Shown one piece after another: positions 1-8,256 of a stretch of 32,000 nucleotides of DNA. The stretch is taken from the NCBI GenBank assembly GCA_963705375.1, contig OY970071.1, positions 330,001-362,000 of the forward strand, written 5' to 3'. The notes beneath the pieces are model-generated. The model was given only the letters and a program-made list of their open reading frames with translations, had not been told where the DNA came from and made no database searches. The position numbers were made by a program, and so were the translations under genes. The first letter of the stretch is position 1, and each line of letters begins with the position of its first letter. Source of the stretch: Candidatus Saccharimonadota bacterium (GTDB lineage Archaea > Micrarchaeota > Micrarchaeia > Micrarchaeales > Micrarchaeaceae).

Positions 1-116
1 ATGCATAGTATCACAGCATTATCCTTGCTTATTGAATCGTATGCGATTTAGGAGATATTTAAGTCTTACAGGTAAGACGGTTGGGGGGCTTACGCCCTGT
101 GACGTTATGAAGGAAA

Positions 117-188
117 TGGGCCCGCTGGGAATCGAACCCGGAATCTCTACCTTGTCAAGGTAGCGTCTTGCCATTCGACTACGAGCCC
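117..188 (-). tRNA. tRNA-Val (anticodon GAC), 72 nt, CCA not encoded
   Basis: The reverse complement folds as a cloverleaf. Acceptor GGGCTCG/CGGGCCC; anticodon stem CTACC/GGTAG with loop TTGACAA; T-arm CCGGG-TTCGATT-CCCAG (one C-A mismatch). Discriminator A is followed by TTTCCTT. Confidence 0.85.
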
Positions 189-1094
189 CTATAATTCTAT
201 GGACATGCCGTCCTTTGCTATCTCGGTGTTCGGAAACACCGCTCTTGCTTCACTCAAAAGCGTTTTTAAGCTCTTATACCTTGCGCTTGTGTGCACCAGC
301 ACGAGCCTCTTCGACTTTGCACCCTTTGCAAGCTGCGCGCTCTCTTGCGACGTGGAATGCTGTCGCTCTAACGCAAGCTTTTTCTCTGCGCTCGCGTATG
401 TCGCCTCGTGGACGAGAAGGTCGGCGCCCTTTGCGGCTTCCTTCGCTTCGGCCGAGGGCCGCGTGTCAGTTGCATAGACTATCTTTATGCCGTGCCGCAG
501 CACAGTGACGTCCTTGAGCTTTATGAGAGTGCCGTTAACCCTCAGACGGCCTTTGCTCAACAGTTCGGAGAACATCGTGCCTTTCAGGCCTGTGCCCTGT
601 ATCTTCTCCTTTATGAAACGCAGCTTGTCCGCTTCTTTGAACACGAAACCGTACGTGCTCACCGTATGCCTTAGCTTGAACGCGCTCACGTCGAAGCCGT
701 TGCCGCGGTAAATGGCACCCTTCCGTATGGCTTTGACATTTATCTTGAATCCAAGTTCTGCTCCGTCGAAAGTTATGAGTGAACCTATGGCTTTTTCATA
801 GCCGGCAGGCACGTAGATGTCCAAAGGAGCTTCGCGCCTGTTGAGGGCAAGGGTCCTTATGAGGCCTGCTACGCCTATCGTGTGGTCGCCGTGTATGTGC
901 GAAAGGAATATCGCGCAGACTCTGGAGGCGTTGAGGCCGCAACGCATCATCTGGCGCTGTGTGCCCTCGCCGCAATCGAACAGAATAAGCTTTCCATTAT
1001 ACTCTATCGCAAGAGCTGGAAGCGCCCTGGCCTTTGTAGGCGTGGAACCCGAAGTCCCTAGGAAAATCACTCTAACCATGAACACACTCGTCAT
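189..1094 (-). CDS. rnz: Ribonuclease Z (tRNA 3' endonuclease, metallo-beta-lactamase fold)
   Basis: N-terminus VIFLGTSGSTPT, LFDCGEGTQRQ and the HxHxDH motif SHIHGDH. Start ATG at 1094 forms an ATGA overlap with the upstream stop; an alternative ATG lies at 1079. The ORF-track extension to 1253 overlaps the neighbouring gene. Confidence 0.9.
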   Translation of the reverse strand: MTSVFMVRVIFLGTSGSTPTKARALPALAIEYNGKLILFDCGEGTQRQMMRCGLNASRVCAIFLSHIHGDHTIGVAGLIRTLALNRREAPLDIYVPAGYEKAIGSLITFDGAELGFKINVKAIRKGAIYRGNGFDVSAFKLRHTVSTYGFVFKEADKLRFIKEKIQGTGLKGTMFSELLSKGRLRVNGTLIKLKDVTVLRHGIKIVYATDTRPSAEAKEAAKGADLLVHEATYASAEKKLALERQHSTSQESAQLAKGAKSKRLVLVHTSARYKSLKTLLSEARAVFPNTEIAKDGMSIEL

Positions 1095-2206
1095 ATCTCT
1101 ATGCGCACGCTCTTGTCCTTGAGATCCACAGCCAATATCCTTATTCCTTGCGCAACGGCTTGCACATCCTCTTTTGTTGCATGCCTGTTCTGTTTTAGGA
1201 AGTCTATGATCGCATTTATTCGGTGCATATCGCCCAATATAAGACGCGCACAAGCGGAAAGTTCTTTGCTTTCAGTTTCTATCTGCACAAGGTGAGAGCG
1301 CTGCTTCTCGATGCTCTTCTCGAGCTCGAGAGACTCACGGCTCTCCTTAACCTCTTGCACAACCTGCTGGTTGTAGAATGTATCTAGTAGATTTTGGAAC
1401 GATTGCGCATTCTGAACAGGCAGCGCATCATATTTCTTAATGCCGCACAGAGAAAAATCAACCAGTGCACCGTCTTTCGAGTAAAGCGTCAGCATTCGGG
1501 AGTTTATGCATTCGTTAATCACGCCGTTCACTTGCACTTCAAGCCTATTGAAAGCGCGTGCGTCCACATCCTTGACTTTTGAAGCAGGATCCACTTCCGC
1601 CCTCGCCAGTGCCTCTTCGACATAGAGCCTGCCGATACCAACTGCGCTGGCCAATGCGGACAGCACGTCCGAATCGCGCATGTATCCGTTCTGCACGTTC
1701 TTGATCGCAGTATTGACTCGAGCTATCCCGAACGCGTCGATGCCAGCACCTGAAGGCGGTTTGTATGTGGCACCGACCCTCACTGACCGGTCCTTGAAGT
1801 CGTGGGATATGTACGCAAGCGTTATCCGCATATTTCCGTCAGCAAGTATGAAGTTGCCCCTGCCAAAGAGCTCTATTATCGCTTCGCTCTTCGCGTCGCC
1901 ATTCCTGAGCTTTATGAGCACTATCCTGTCGCAGTTCAGCTGCTCGACGCTTTCTATGACCGAGTCTTCAATGCGCTTCCTTGCAGCCGCTGCAAAGCCG
2001 GTCGGTTCCGGGCTCTGCGGCACATATTCTGTGACGTTCAGCGTGTACGGAAGGATGCACTGCATGTTTGCCTTTTCGTCGCCTTTACGAAGCCTGAAAA
2101 AGAAGCGTCCGTTCCCGGTGTCGTAGAACCGGCTGACGCGAAAGCCTTCAAGGAACTTGAGCTCCTTTATCAGCACAGGAAACTCAATAGAGTACAGAGC
2201 ACGCAT
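1091..2206 (-). CDS. NFACT-N (FbpA/Rqc2/RqcH-like) ribosome-quality-control family protein, short form
   Basis: The N-terminal pattern is typical of NFACT-N domains (PTGFAAAARKRIEDSVIESVEQLNCDRIVLIKL ... ELFGRGNFILAD). The C-terminal part looks like a coiled coil. At 371 aa there appears to be no room for an NFACT-R/DUF814 domain. Confidence 0.7.
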   Translation of the reverse strand: MRALYSIEFPVLIKELKFLEGFRVSRFYDTGNGRFFFRLRKGDEKANMQCILPYTLNVTEYVPQSPEPTGFAAAARKRIEDSVIESVEQLNCDRIVLIKLRNGDAKSEAIIELFGRGNFILADGNMRITLAYISHDFKDRSVRVGATYKPPSGAGIDAFGIARVNTAIKNVQNGYMRDSDVLSALASAVGIGRLYVEEALARAEVDPASKVKDVDARAFNRLEVQVNGVINECINSRMLTLYSKDGALVDFSLCGIKKYDALPVQNAQSFQNLLDTFYNQQVVQEVKESRESLELEKSIEKQRSHLVQIETESKELSACARLILGDMHRINAIIDFLKQNRHATKEDVQAVAQGIRILAVDLKDKSVRIEI

Positions 2207-2207
2207 G

Positions 2208-2999
2208 CTAAGCCCTTAGCTTCTTCAGGCCCTCCTCTTTTGTGACCTTCGCGAAAGACTTTACCATCTGGTAGGTCTTGTCAGGGTTCTGGTCGAATGC
2301 GGTGCCTATCTGCACGATGTCAGCGCCACTAGCGTAGACGCTCTTGAGCTCATCCGCATTGGAGATCCCACCACCTACAATGTATGGCACTGTGATTGCG
2401 CTCTTCACTGCGCGTATCATCTCTTCGGGCACGTGCCCTGAGTTCTGAAGGCGTGGATTTGAGCCTGTGTCGGTGAGTATGAACCTGTTGCCCAGGAACT
2501 CGCCGGCCATTGCAAGCGATGCCGCAAGCTTTGGCTTCTCCCTAGGGATGAAGTTCGCGTCGCTCACCCAGCCAACCGTGCCGCCAGGGTATACGACAAT
2601 GTAGCCTAACGGTATAGGCTCGAGCCCGAACTTCTTGACAGTAGGCGCAGAAAGCATCTGCGCCTGGGTTATCCAATAGGGATTCCTTGCATTGAGCAGG
2701 GACATGAAGTATATCGCATCGGCATACTTCGTAACCGAGGATATGTTCGACGGGAAGAGTATGACCGGCACGTCGACCGACTCTTTTATGCCGTTAACAA
2801 TGTTGTCGAGGATCTCGCCCTGCACTTCCGTGCTGCCGCCGATCAGCATCACATCGGCACCCCCGTTGGCAAGCTGCTTGGAGGCCTCTATCGCGACATC
2901 CTCGCTCTTGTAGTCGATAGGATCTATCAGGCAGAACAGCAGCGCGCCGCTGCTTTCCAGTTTTTCATATATGTATCGTTCTATTTTTCCTTGTTTCAT
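2208..2999 (-). CDS. Geranylgeranylglyceryl phosphate synthase (PcrB/GGGPS family)
   Basis: TIM-barrel GGGPS signatures: GGADVMLIGGS, ILFPSN, YIVGGGISN, IVQIGTAF. The length of 263 aa is typical for the family. Confidence 0.85.
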   Translation of the reverse strand: MKQGKIERYIYEKLESSGALLFCLIDPIDYKSEDVAIEASKQLANGGADVMLIGGSTEVQGEILDNIVNGIKESVDVPVILFPSNISSVTKYADAIYFMSLLNARNPYWITQAQMLSAPTVKKFGLEPIPLGYIVVYPGGTVGWVSDANFIPREKPKLAASLAMAGEFLGNRFILTDTGSNPRLQNSGHVPEEMIRAVKSAITVPYIVGGGISNADELKSVYASGADIVQIGTAFDQNPDKTYQMVKSFAKVTKEEGLKKLRA

Positions 3000-3008
3000 G
3001 CGTATCGC

Positions 3009-4046
3009 CTATTCCCTGTTCTCTGCGGTTTTCACGTGCAGGGACAGGTATTGCTCTGCAAGCACCTTGCTCTCCTTTTCCAGATTTCTAGAGGGCTTGA
3101 ATCCAAGTTCCTTCCTTGCCAGGTCTATGTTAACCATACGATCGCTGTTGAGGAAGTCGTGTTCGTCGAACCTTATGTCGCCCCTGCGAGCCAGGATCCT
3201 TGCCAGGAAAGGATAAGAAGCGCTTTTTATCTGGTTTGCGTTCATCAACTTAGCCACAAGGTCCAGGAGCTCCTTCTGCGTGTGCGCAATGCCGTCAGTG
3301 AGGTTGTACACCTTGTTCGCGCTCTTGTCGGCGTTATCGTATATCTTAATCATGGCATCGACTGCATCGTCGATGTGAATGAGCGCAAGATGGTTGGAAC
3401 CTTTCCTGAAATAGTACATCTTGTTTTCGCTCACAAGCTTGAAAATCCTGAAGAAGCGCGATTCGTAGCCTTCGCCGTAGAAAGCCCCCAGCCTGGCTAC
3501 AGTGTAACTGAGCCGTGGATTGGCTGAGCACCACGACTCTATTACATGAGTGGCCATATACTTGCTCATGGCGTAAGGCCCCTCCGCCTTGACCTCTGAA
3601 CGCTCGTTGAGAAGCTCTCCGGGCCTGCTATGGCCGTAAACTGAGACTGTGCTCGAAAATATCATACGGCCCTTTGCAGTTGCAGGATTTGCATCGAGCC
3701 ACGCCTTTATCACGTTCTCGGTGCCGATGACGTTTATGTCGATGAGCTGGTCGTACGTGTTCTTGGAATTGTACGATGCGCCAGCTATGTGGAATATGTT
3801 GGTCACGCCCGCGCACGCCTGCGATAGCGCGTCCTGATTCTTGTGATCGCTCAGCGCTATGTTTGAAACGTAAGGCACAACGCCCGCAGGCAGCATGCGC
3901 CATTCGTCGCTCGCGTTGGGATCGTTCTTCAGTATCACCCTGACGGTGTGGCCATCTTCCACGAGCCGCTCAGCTACTTTCCTGCCGAGCATTGACGTGG
4001 CGCCGGTCACCAGGGATATGTTAGTTTTTGCGGCCATGCTCATCAT
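3009..4046 (-). CDS. NAD-dependent epimerase/dehydratase (extended SDR family)
   Basis: N-terminal Rossmann motif VTGATSMLGRKV; YxxxK-like region PYAMSKYMATH. The start is ambiguous (ATG at 4046, 4043 or 4037). It overlaps the upstream gene's 3' end. Confidence 0.8.
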   Translation of the reverse strand: MMSMAAKTNISLVTGATSMLGRKVAERLVEDGHTVRVILKNDPNASDEWRMLPAGVVPYVSNIALSDHKNQDALSQACAGVTNIFHIAGASYNSKNTYDQLIDINVIGTENVIKAWLDANPATAKGRMIFSSTVSVYGHSRPGELLNERSEVKAEGPYAMSKYMATHVIESWCSANPRLSYTVARLGAFYGEGYESRFFRIFKLVSENKMYYFRKGSNHLALIHIDDAVDAMIKIYDNADKSANKVYNLTDGIAHTQKELLDLVAKLMNANQIKSASYPFLARILARRGDIRFDEHDFLNSDRMVNIDLARKELGFKPSRNLEKESKVLAEQYLSLHVKTAENRE

Positions 4047-4902
4047 CCTTTCCGTCGAGTAATGCCACGGCTATATGCCCTATCCTGCCTTCGGCGAATC
4101 TGCCGATCAGGTATGGCACCCAATCCCGACCAAACGGCACATAGACACTAAGATCGAGCTTGTACTGCTGCAGCTGTTTTAGTTTGCGTGCGCTGTACCC
4201 GAATGGGATCTCGAATGCGACATTCTTCTTGTAGTTCGGGTTTGACGAAGTAAGTTTTCGTATCATGTCGAAGTCGCGCTCCCACACGGAGACCTCTGCG
4301 CGATCTGAAAGCAGCAAGTCTATGTAGTCAGCATACATTCCTGCAGCGCCCTTCTGCTTGAGCTTCCCATCACCATCGGGACGGCACCGCACCTTGACAC
4401 GGTCTTTTGGCTCTATTCCGCCATCGAGCGTTATTTCTGCGCCATCATGCACAGGCTGTATCTCGACTCCGACGTTGCCGTACTGACTCCGCAGTTTACG
4501 GTACAGGGCTATCTGGTCCTGCATGCTTGATGCGCTATCATGTTCGATCCAGAGGCTTATCTTGTTTTCTTGCGCTGCGCCCGCTATTTCTTCGAGGTTC
4601 CTGTACATGAGAGACTTGTCAACGCTATAGCCGATCTGCACAGGCCGTATAGACACGGCAGAGTCGAGATTAAGCCGCGAGACCTGCCGTATGAGCTGCA
4701 GATATGCGTTTGTGTTGTACCTGGCTTTGGCGATGTTCGAAACGCTATCGTTCAGCAGCGTCAGGGTGGTGTGCAGACCTTTGGCGTTCATCTCCCTGAC
4801 AGCTTCAAGCGCAGAAGCACTTGTTGGCCCGGCAATGTGCTTCTTGACAAGCCTAAACACAAGACGTTCTATTATGCTCCTCTGTTCTACCAATTGTACC
4901 AC
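4021..4902 (-). CDS. Proline dehydrogenase family protein (divergent)
   Basis: The N-terminal AG...ALEAVREMNAKGL..TL and the C-terminal VYVPFGRDWVPYLIGRFAE resemble monofunctional PutB/PRODH proteins (VYVPYG.DW..Y..RR.AERP). The central region is divergent. Confidence 0.6.
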   Translation of the reverse strand: MVQLVEQRSIIERLVFRLVKKHIAGPTSASALEAVREMNAKGLHTTLTLLNDSVSNIAKARYNTNAYLQLIRQVSRLNLDSAVSIRPVQIGYSVDKSLMYRNLEEIAGAAQENKISLWIEHDSASSMQDQIALYRKLRSQYGNVGVEIQPVHDGAEITLDGGIEPKDRVKVRCRPDGDGKLKQKGAAGMYADYIDLLLSDRAEVSVWERDFDMIRKLTSSNPNYKKNVAFEIPFGYSARKLKQLQQYKLDLSVYVPFGRDWVPYLIGRFAEGRIGHIAVALLDGKDDEHGRKN

Positions 4903-4995
4903 ATCTATGCTTGAGATCCGCCTTCCAATACTCTTTTAATTCATGGTTTAATAACCTATTTGTTGATACTGAAAGGCATTTAGAGTTTGCACGTG

Positions 4996-5003
4996 TATAA
5001 AAA
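4996..5003 (+). promoter_or_regulatory. TATA-box-like element (TATAAAAA) upstream of the HAD gene
   Basis: TATAAAAA lies about 32-39 bp upstream of the ATG at 5035. This fits an archaeal promoter with a very short or absent leader. Confidence 0.45.
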
Positions 5004-5034
5004 GGGCACCTGCGACATTTTGAGAGGGTTTTCG

Positions 5035-5802
5035 ATGGACTATGCAAAAAAGAAGATAGTTGTTGCTGACATGGATGGGACGCTCACGCCGAGCAAGGCC
5101 ATGGTAGAGCCCAGCATGGTAAAGCTCATAACAAAACTGTTAAGCTGTAAGGACCTCGCGGTAATAGGCGGCGGCAGGTATTCGCAGTTCCAAAGCCAGT
5201 TCGTGGCGGGGCTGCCAGCCAAAAGCGCGGCATTCTCGCGCCTTTATATGTTCCCCACAAACGCCACGGCATTCTACAGGTTTGTAGGCAACCAGTGGAA
5301 GCAAGTATACCTAGAGAATCTAGGTGCCGAAGAGATAACGAAGATAATGCATGCGTTTGATGTCGCGCTTGATGAAGTGGGATTCAAGAGGCCTGAAAAA
5401 GTCTTCGGGGAGATCGTGGAAGACAGGAGTACGCAGGTCACATTCTCCGCGTTCGGACAGCAGGCGCCGATAGATGTCAAGAAGGTGTGGGACCCTGATG
5501 CAAAGAAGCGTCTTGAGATCAAGAAGCATCTTGAGAAGCACATACCAGAATTCCAGATATCGATTGGCGGGATGACCTCTATAGACGTCACAAGGAAGGG
5601 CATAGACAAGTCATACGGGATAATGAAGATAAAAGAGATACTCGGCTATGGCGTTGATGAGATGGTGTTCATAGGCGACGCACTGTTCGAAGGCGGCAAC
5701 GATTATCCCGTCAGGAAGACTGGAGTCGAATGCATACAGGTCAGCAATTCTCATGATACAGAGAAAATACTCGAAGAGATAATAGCCACGTGCGAGTCAT
5801 GA
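5035..5802 (+). CDS. HAD-IIB hydrolase, phosphomannomutase-like
   Basis: Motif I DMDGTLTPSK, the cap region GGMTSIDVTRKGIDKSYG, and motif IV GDALFEGGNDYP resemble eukaryotic-type PMM. The start was moved to the ATG at 5035; the ORF-track start at 4987 is a TTG. Confidence 0.65.
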   Translation: MDYAKKKIVVADMDGTLTPSKAMVEPSMVKLITKLLSCKDLAVIGGGRYSQFQSQFVAGLPAKSAAFSRLYMFPTNATAFYRFVGNQWKQVYLENLGAEEITKIMHAFDVALDEVGFKRPEKVFGEIVEDRSTQVTFSAFGQQAPIDVKKVWDPDAKKRLEIKKHLEKHIPEFQISIGGMTSIDVTRKGIDKSYGIMKIKEILGYGVDEMVFIGDALFEGGNDYPVRKTGVECIQVSNSHDTEKILEEIIATCES

Positions 5803-6858
5803 GCGCGCAACGTCGCAGATTGCGTGACTCAGACGCTTCATCGCCTTGATCTTCTCTTCCTTCTCGATGTTAGCCGCATCCATTATGTTGTCCATGCTTG
5901 CGATCACGCTGTCGTACGTGTTCCTATTCACCTTGAAGGGTATGCCATCCTTACCTCCCAGATTGTACGAGAACATGACAGGATCCCTGTACGCCAGCTC
6001 TTTGTCAAATATTAGCGAGGAGACGAACGCAAGAGAACGTATTGTGCTGCGGCCAACGCCCTTGGTGAGCAGCAGCTCACGGTAGTCCTTAGGATCCAGC
6101 TCCGCCGCATTCCTTATTGCTTTTCTTGCGGCATCGCCTATGTCCACATTCTTGAGTATTTCGTGCCTGTCCGGATAAGAGTTCTTTAGCACGTGGTCAC
6201 ACTCCTGCAGCGCGTCGGGGAGAGCGCGTCTTGCCCATTCGTTGCTGCTGTACGTCAGGTCCGCACTCTTGGTATGAAGCTGCGTCTGGATGCCCGTGTG
6301 CGGCTCATTGGCGATGTCTTTCTGGTTTATGAGGTCGCTCAGCCACTGGAACCGTATCGCTTCCCTGCGCTTCGTGTCCATCGCCTGCTGTATCACGGCC
6401 CATCTTTTGCTTCTTGTGAACAGGAAAGAGTGCTGGTATATCCCTATGCTGTCGTAGACCATGCACGAGTCCACCTTTGCTGCGATTTTGCTGCATTCCC
6501 CAAAGGCGTGGGACTCGCCAGGTATTGAAAGGACGTCGGTGCCCGCAACTATCTCTTCAGGGGTCTTCAGGCCCTGCTTTCCCTTGCCTCCAGCTATATA
6601 GATCGTGCCGCTGTCGTTGAGAGCTTCCTTGAGCGCAGCCAGAGTCACAGTGGTGGTCCCGCTGCTGTGCCAGTCGTAGCCTATGGCGCAAGCCAGTGCC
6701 TGGAACCAGTTGGTGTCGCTCAGCCGTGTGAGAAGCTCGTCGGTGCCGAACTGGTCAATTATGACAAGAGATATCGCCCTGCCGAGCTTCACCATCCTGC
6801 TGTACAGCCAACGAGGAGCCTTGCCATAGTGCAGCGGCAGCACCGTAGCATTGTGCAT
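5797..6858 (-). CDS. DUF763-like conserved archaeal protein
   Basis: The N-terminal LPLHYGKAPRWLYSRMVKLGRAI ... RLSDTNWFQALACAIGYDWHSSGTTTV matches my memory of the DUF763 signature. The stop overlaps the HAD gene's stop within the palindrome TCATGA. Confidence 0.5.
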   Translation of the reverse strand: MHNATVLPLHYGKAPRWLYSRMVKLGRAISLVIIDQFGTDELLTRLSDTNWFQALACAIGYDWHSSGTTTVTLAALKEALNDSGTIYIAGGKGKQGLKTPEEIVAGTDVLSIPGESHAFGECSKIAAKVDSCMVYDSIGIYQHSFLFTRSKRWAVIQQAMDTKRREAIRFQWLSDLINQKDIANEPHTGIQTQLHTKSADLTYSSNEWARRALPDALQECDHVLKNSYPDRHEILKNVDIGDAARKAIRNAAELDPKDYRELLLTKGVGRSTIRSLAFVSSLIFDKELAYRDPVMFSYNLGGKDGIPFKVNRNTYDSVIASMDNIMDAANIEKEEKIKAMKRLSHAICDVARS

Positions 6859-6999
6859 GCTTATTTTTGCGAAAGATAATTAATAAGGCATGCGAAGAGC
6901 CTGTTGGCGCACACTATTTATATTCTAAGAAAGACATTTCCTGTAAGTGATTGCTTGAAAACAAAGCTTGCGTTGGACAATCAGACTAAGATCAAAAAT

Positions 7000-8124
7000 A
7001 TGGTAGACCGCACTGATGGTAATTGGGCAACGCTTATTGACGTGAAGAGAATAGTGAATCCCAATGACGGGCCCATCAAGCTTATTTATCTCGCATCCGG
7101 CTCTGATGTAGCATATCCCCTCGCAGCAACAGGAGCCACGGACATGAGTTACATTGACGAAGTGGATTGTGTAAGGCAGATAAGTGACAATGTAAAACAG
7201 GTCGGCGGAAGATACCGTAGGGAATTAGGCTTGGGAGAAGATAGAACCGAGATAAACTTCAAGTGGAACAAGGAAGACAGGAAGCTTATCTTCCACAAGC
7301 TAAACATAACGAATGAGACGATCGGCCAACTTCAAGCAGATATGCAGGATATCGATGTTGTTTTTCTGAAGTTTTCTGTGTACAAGGGATACGTCCCGAC
7401 TGAAAAAGCCATAGAGGCGCTCAAGATTGGAGGCTTCTTTATATCGGATGCTTCATCGAGCCCATTGCACTTGGGTGAGGATAGCAGCCTAACACCGAAT
7501 AGTCTAGGATTGAAAGAAATACCGCTCAAATCTAGCCACAATTCCTTTAAGTGGATGGGAGGAGGAAACAGTCTGCTGCTATACCAGAAGACAAGGCAGA
7601 TGCCCAAGATCGGAGAGATGTTAGAGTTCGACGAGCTTTTTGGCAGGATTCGCAGCATCAGAAACGGCTTAATTAACGACGAAGATGTTGGTTCTAGTAA
7701 GAGCGAAAATGGCACAGGCCAATTTTCAGAGCTTGTTGGACGCGGTTACAAGAAAAAATTGATAGATCTGAAAAGACGGTTTGATGAATTGCCGTCTGAA
7801 GCCAGAGAAGAGATTAAACGAAGAACGATAAGCATATTGGTGGATGCGCCGGACATGAAGCTCGATGCTTATGATATTCATAGTCTAGGAGGATATTTCG
7901 AACCTGGATATGAAAGAAGGATTATTGTAGATTCTGAAACTGGTCGTTTAGTCCCGATATCCGAATCTCTGGCTAGAAAGCTAAACCTAGAAGATACGCA
8001 ACACGGCAGAGAGCTGAGTATAGAGGATGTGAATCGGTGGGAGAAGACGATCCAGAAACAGTTTGAGAGATATGTAGAAGATCGGAGGAATGATTTTAGA
8101 GAAGTCTTTAAGGACGGGGTTTAG
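7000..8124 (+). CDS. Hypothetical protein with a possible Rossmann/methyltransferase-like N-terminal half
   Basis: Long ORF with an ATG at 7000; the track start at 6904 is a TTG. LIYLASGSDVAYPLAATGA...YIDE, DVVFLK and LKIGGFFI loosely resemble class I MTase strands. No firm motif. Confidence 0.55.
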   Translation: MVDRTDGNWATLIDVKRIVNPNDGPIKLIYLASGSDVAYPLAATGATDMSYIDEVDCVRQISDNVKQVGGRYRRELGLGEDRTEINFKWNKEDRKLIFHKLNITNETIGQLQADMQDIDVVFLKFSVYKGYVPTEKAIEALKIGGFFISDASSSPLHLGEDSSLTPNSLGLKEIPLKSSHNSFKWMGGGNSLLLYQKTRQMPKIGEMLEFDELFGRIRSIRNGLINDEDVGSSKSENGTGQFSELVGRGYKKKLIDLKRRFDELPSEAREEIKRRTISILVDAPDMKLDAYDIHSLGGYFEPGYERRIIVDSETGRLVPISESLARKLNLEDTQHGRELSIEDVNRWEKTIQKQFERYVEDRRNDFREVFKDGV

Positions 8125-8189
8125 GCATCGGCAGAACACTTAGAGCAGAATGATCCTCTAGCAACCAGTAAACTGGAAGCTTGTAGAAC

Positions 8190-8206
8190 CTCGGTTCCGG
8201 ACCGAG
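8190..8206. terminator. Hairpin between convergent genes (CTCGGT-TCCGG-ACCGAG)
   Basis: A perfect 6-bp stem in the 132-bp gap between the convergent CDSs ending at 8124 and 8257. Confidence 0.3.
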
Positions 8207-8256
8207 CAGAAACAGGAATAGCAATAAAACGCATTGGTTTTAAGCAACCCCATTAC

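Noticed and set aside
1095-1253. N-terminal extension of the RNase Z ORF (the track gives 189-1253).
   Set aside because: The extension lies entirely inside the NFACT gene on the same strand. The conserved RNase Z N-terminus (VIFLGTSG) begins just after the ATGs at 1094 and 1079, and the ATG at 1094 forms a typical ATGA coupling overlap.
6904-6999. TTG-initiated 32-aa extension of the 7000-8124 ORF.
   Set aside because: It would begin inside the divergent promoter region. The ATG at 7000 is the first canonical start. The true start remains uncertain.
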